Positions 54,607-58,047 of a DNA stretch of 58,047 bases are shown here, piece by piece. Made by a program: the position numbers and the translations under genes. The notes beneath the pieces are model-generated. The model saw nothing but the letters and a program-made list of their open reading frames with translations, was not told the DNA's origin and made no database searches. The stretch covers positions 1 through 58,047 of the IMG/VR virus record IMGVR_UViG_3300034071_002803; one strand, written 5' to 3'. How positions within the stretch are numbered: the first letter of the stretch is position 1; the number at the start of each line of letters is the position of its first letter. The DNA comes from a virus. Lineage: Duplodnaviria; Caudoviricetes.

Positions 54607-55376
54607 TACTTAAATTCCTTCTTTGACCAGAAGAACCTACGGTAGGCTGAGGCAATGTGCGCCATCAGCTTTCGATCCGCACGGTCAAGATGCTCAAGAT
54701 CTTCTTCTGTCGGCTCTGTTTCCATCTGCCAAGACTCTCTTTTGAATGGAAAGACTTGCACAACTGGCGTTCCAGCAGGGATAATGGTTTCAATTGACGT
54801 CTCATGAATAACAAATGGAAAATTAACCACGTTCGTGTAGGTATCTGTATCAACTACACCAGGCAGCGCTTCAAAGAATCCGTTTGGATTGTTCATCGGT
54901 GGGAGGAATAAAGTTGAATACCCGGGAGGAGTCTGAATATGCCAAGGATTGATCCACTTGAATACATCGCGACCCGGGTATAGCTTTGCCAGTGGATGAC
55001 CAGCGGCTTGGCCAAATTTATGGCCCTCAACTACCTTTGTTTCATTGGAAATACCTGGTCGCCATGAAAACCTCAGGTCGGTTGGCTCGTTGGGGTCTTC
55101 ATGGTTCTTTTTTTCATTAATTTGCACATACATGTCCTGATCTGTATAGATAACATATCCAAGGCTTAGGCTGTCCAGAATCGGCACGCAGCGCTTAATA
55201 GTAGAGTTATAATCCCCAGAATTGTTCATCACCTTTTTGTCGCGCGGGGCGTTCTCAAAGCCCCCGTAGGATGGCATCTCCTTCCACCAATCAGGCATCT
55301 TGTAACCGATTGGCTTGGGCCAATACTCCTCTAGCACCTTCCTGCTCGCAATAAACTTAATTGTTTTGTGCGACAT
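54606..55376 (-). CDS. DUF6065-like beta-fold protein, paralogue C
   Basis: PDWWK, TIKRCVPILDS..LGY, NPW...TPPGYS, PGVVDTD, IPAGTP..QV.PFKRE.W, YRRFFWSKKEFK. Confidence 0.7.
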   Translation of the reverse strand: MSHKTIKFIASRKVLEEYWPKPIGYKMPDWWKEMPSYGGFENAPRDKKVMNNSGDYNSTIKRCVPILDSLSLGYVIYTDQDMYVQINEKKNHEDPNEPTDLRFSWRPGISNETKVVEGHKFGQAAGHPLAKLYPGRDVFKWINPWHIQTPPGYSTLFLPPMNNPNGFFEALPGVVDTDTYTNVVNFPFVIHETSIETIIPAGTPVVQVFPFKRESWQMETEPTEEDLEHLDRADRKLMAHIASAYRRFFWSKKEFK

Positions 55377-55390
55377 GAATAAATCTCCCT

Positions 55391-57211
55391 CTACGCTGAT
55401 CCACCATCAACAGTGATGGTGTCAAGAGAATACCACACGACATCCGTGCCATCGGTCTGTAGTACTTTCCCCGTCTGGCTGGTCTGAGATGGAAGAACTG
55501 CTGTTCGCGCGCCCTGGGCGGTGGTTGACCCAGTCCCTCCATACAAGATTTCAACTGGTGTGCCCTGCCATGTGCCAGTGCCGATTGTGCCGACAGATGC
55601 CAAAGAAGAGTTTACAACGCTAGAGCCTAGAGTCGTAGAGGAAAGAACAGAGGTTCCGTTTATTTTGAATGATGCCCCGCTTGCAATATCAAGATACCCT
55701 GTTGCAATTGTTGCGGCGGTCGTGTGAGATGTGGTACCAGCCCCAACGAGAACAACTTCAACTTTTCCTCCGCCAGCGCTGTCGGTAAAGTTTTCTGTTG
55801 CGACCCCGCGCAAGATTACTGACTCCGTTGAAAGATACCCAGTTGCCCCTCGGCCAAATATCGCAAACTCACCTAGGGTCTGGCCAGACTGCGTGGCTGA
55901 AGGTGAGGCAGATGTACCACCAGACGTTCGCGATACATAGCGGCCATACTTGTTAGTTCCGTGGGCATCAAGAACGATGATTGACGCTGCTCCGTCTTCA
56001 TTGACTGCGTGGAGAACAACATCGTCAGAGATGGCGCCAAGGGCAAGTGGTGCGCCAGTAGCGTTATCAATAGTGATTTTACCAAAGATTGTCGGGTCTG
56101 TTGCAATAGCCCACGGCGCATCGATCCAGTCAAGTCCGCCAACCTCTGTGGAGCTTGCGATCAAAACCTGATTGTTTGTCCCCACCGCAAGGGTTGAAGG
56201 GGTTTCCGCAGCGCTAGCCGTAACGATAGCACCCTTGGCGCTAAGGGCCGACTTGGGGATTGCCGCGTTCGCAGTTGATTGCGCGGCAGCAGCGGCATCG
56301 TTAATTTGTTTTGCAACAGCGGCAGTTGCGGCTCTGACTGTTGATGTTCCACTAACGCTGTTGTCAAAGTCAACTTCAAGAACCGCTGGAGATCCAGCTC
56401 CCCAAACTAGACCACTGCCTTTATTTACAGAAAATGTATCTCCAGAGATTGAAATGCCATTTCCAGCAACAACTCCTGCAAGGCCAGTAAATTGAGTCCA
56501 ATCTTGATTGTCTGTTCCGACTGCGTGGACCGCATTGGCCTGCGAACCTATTGATGTAAGCACAAATCCCTGGCCGCTATTATTTATTCCGCCCCCAGGG
56601 AGAACAAAAACAGCGTCACCACCAGAGACTTGACCTGCAATGTTGTTATTTGAATCATTGGCTCGGGTAAGCTTCCATTTGGTTGATGGTGACCCGGCAG
56701 AGGTAACAGAATAAATGCCGTTGTGGGCTGCGTTTGCCTGATTTTTTACCAGCACCCTGTCGCCAGCGCTTGGACTGAGTCCGTCAATAATCAGGTCTGC
56801 GTTTGAGCCCGCCTCAATATATGCACCAATTCCATAGCCGGAAGATTGATCTGCCGTTCCGGCCGTGTAGGTCGGGCTGTTCGGTAGAGCTGCATCTGTT
56901 GCGGCGGTAACTGCGCCGTGCCAGTTCATTCCAGTTGTAAGGCTTTCTGCGTATGCCTTTGTGGCAATTGTGTCGGTGTCAACATTCAGCGTTGCCGATC
57001 CGCTTGACGCTCCGCCAGTAAGTCCTGTGCCGGCAACAACGGCGGTAATATCACCAGACCCACCACCGCCAGCCGCAAGATCAAGCCAAGTACTACCGTC
57101 GTAGACATAGACGGTATCGTCCGTCGTGTTGTAGTACATGTCTCCCTGGGCGGGGGAGGACGGCGCGGCGGCGTATTGCGGAAGATTGATCCTACTTAGA
57201 AGCTTTGGCAT
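55391..57211 (-). CDS. tail fibre protein
   Basis: APSSP..GD.YYNT..VY.YDGSTW; GDITAV.AGTGL.GG; DRVLVKNQ...NGIY domain shared with 53059-54606. Confidence 0.85.
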   Translation of the reverse strand: MPKLLSRINLPQYAAAPSSPAQGDMYYNTTDDTVYVYDGSTWLDLAAGGGGSGDITAVVAGTGLTGGASSGSATLNVDTDTIATKAYAESLTTGMNWHGAVTAATDAALPNSPTYTAGTADQSSGYGIGAYIEAGSNADLIIDGLSPSAGDRVLVKNQANAAHNGIYSVTSAGSPSTKWKLTRANDSNNNIAGQVSGGDAVFVLPGGGINNSGQGFVLTSIGSQANAVHAVGTDNQDWTQFTGLAGVVAGNGISISGDTFSVNKGSGLVWGAGSPAVLEVDFDNSVSGTSTVRAATAAVAKQINDAAAAAQSTANAAIPKSALSAKGAIVTASAAETPSTLAVGTNNQVLIASSTEVGGLDWIDAPWAIATDPTIFGKITIDNATGAPLALGAISDDVVLHAVNEDGAASIIVLDAHGTNKYGRYVSRTSGGTSASPSATQSGQTLGEFAIFGRGATGYLSTESVILRGVATENFTDSAGGGKVEVVLVGAGTTSHTTAATIATGYLDIASGASFKINGTSVLSSTTLGSSVVNSSLASVGTIGTGTWQGTPVEILYGGTGSTTAQGARTAVLPSQTSQTGKVLQTDGTDVVWYSLDTITVDGGSA

Positions 57212-57231
57212 CGGGCCCTCCTAGCGGGGGT

Positions 57232-58047
57232 TTACCCGATTATAACAACCCTGTACTGGTTGTTGCTTGGGGCAGAGGCAAAGTCAAGAACAACGGTGCC
57301 GTTTGGGGTTCCTGTAGTCAATCCAACGGTGATGTCTGGGTAAACCTTCTCGCCGTTAGAGGTCTGGAACACTTCGGCGGTCACCCAAATGTTTCCAAGA
57401 CCATGAGAGATCGTGTAGGTCGTTGCCGTACCGTCGCCAAGTTGCGCAGTGTACTTCGTCGTTCCGCCAAGTGCCGTAAGGGCTGCGGCGGCAGTAGTCT
57501 GACCAGTACCACCGTTGGCGATGGCAAGTGCGCCCGTAACCGCAGCGCTCTGCGCAAGGTTTATTGCGCCAAATGCTGGGGCGCCACCGGCTCCAGGAAC
57601 CCGAAGAACCTGATCAGCAGTTCCTGCTGTGGTTGCACTGACAGCGCTTGTCCCGTTGCCGAGCAGTACGCCACCAGATGTCAGGGTGCTCGCGCCAGTA
57701 CCGCCGTTTGCGACTGGAAGCGTGCCAGAAACTTCGCTTCCAAGGGCAATCGTGCTTGCGGTTGTCAGCGCATCGGTACCGCCAGTTGACTTAACGATAC
57801 CAGCGGTGAATGTTGCAACACCAGTACCACCGCGGGCAACGCCAAGCGTGCCGCTCGTGAGCTTATCAGTGCCGTGGTTTGGAATGTCTGAAGCAACAAG
57901 TGATCGGAATGAAGGGGCAGAAGGCCCACCAGTTGCAGGACCAGCGAATACTGCGTTGTCTGCTGCAGTTGTGGCGCCAGTACCACCCTTGGCTACTGGA
58001 AGGGTTCCAGTTACTGTTGAAGTTGAGACATCAACAGCGCTGGTTGC
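57232..58047 (-). CDS. tail fibre protein, 5'-truncated by the window edge
   Basis: open frame from 58047 to TAA at 57232; four (T/S)G.L.VA.GGTG repeats; C-terminal TYTISHGLG...YRVVIIG. Confidence 0.85.
   Translation of the reverse strand, partial: ATSAVDVSTSTVTGTLPVAKGGTGATTAADNAVFAGPATGGPSAPSFRSLVASDIPNHGTDKLTSGTLGVARGGTGVATFTAGIVKSTGGTDALTTASTIALGSEVSGTLPVANGGTGASTLTSGGVLLGNGTSAVSATTAGTADQVLRVPGAGGAPAFGAINLAQSAAVTGALAIANGGTGQTTAAAALTALGGTTKYTAQLGDGTATTYTISHGLGNIWVTAEVFQTSNGEKVYPDITVGLTTGTPNGTVVLDFASAPSNNQYRVVIIG

Noticed and set aside
57205-57789. 194-aa plus-strand ORF
   Set aside because: Antisense to the truncated tail-fibre gene, which has clear GGTG repeats
1-58047. Alternative genetic code or stop-codon recoding
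   Set aside because: Genes are full length under the standard code, and TAA, TAG and TGA all terminate genes normally

Overview
This window is a 58-kb segment of a tailed dsDNA phage with siphovirus-type morphogenesis genes. No terminase, integrase, tRNA or CRISPR array is visible, and the genome continues past both ends. Layout: (1) 1-1.6 kb is a sparse early-type region rich in hairpins. (2) 1.7-12.8 kb is a DNA-modification region: a C5-cytosine methyltransferase whose motif IX lies in an overlapping +1-frame gene, a TET/JBP-type dioxygenase, a ParB-like protein, two TET-associated-type glycosyltransferases, a further glycosyltransferase, UDP-galactopyranose mutase, a PIG-L deacetylase, GT2 and a nucleotidyltransferase. 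(3) 12.8-17.2 kb holds replication/recombination genes. (4) A portal protein fused to a HAD phosphatase is transcribed divergently from the protease-capsid-tail operon, across a perfect 21-bp inverted repeat. (5) The tail module has two paralogous tube proteins, a -1 frameshifted chaperone, a 1536-aa tape measure and a C39-peptidase/holin lysis pair. (6) 41-58 kb is an accessory and fibre region: a PA14 surface protein, PSD-like and ATP-grasp enzymes, GalE, and a cassette of putative protein-modifying enzymes interleaved with tail-fibre genes and a Cys-rich protein. The two best candidates for an undescribed system are galactofuranose-containing cytosine hypermodification and a virion-fibre post-translational modification cassette. 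All product calls come from motif recognition by eye; no database searches were run.
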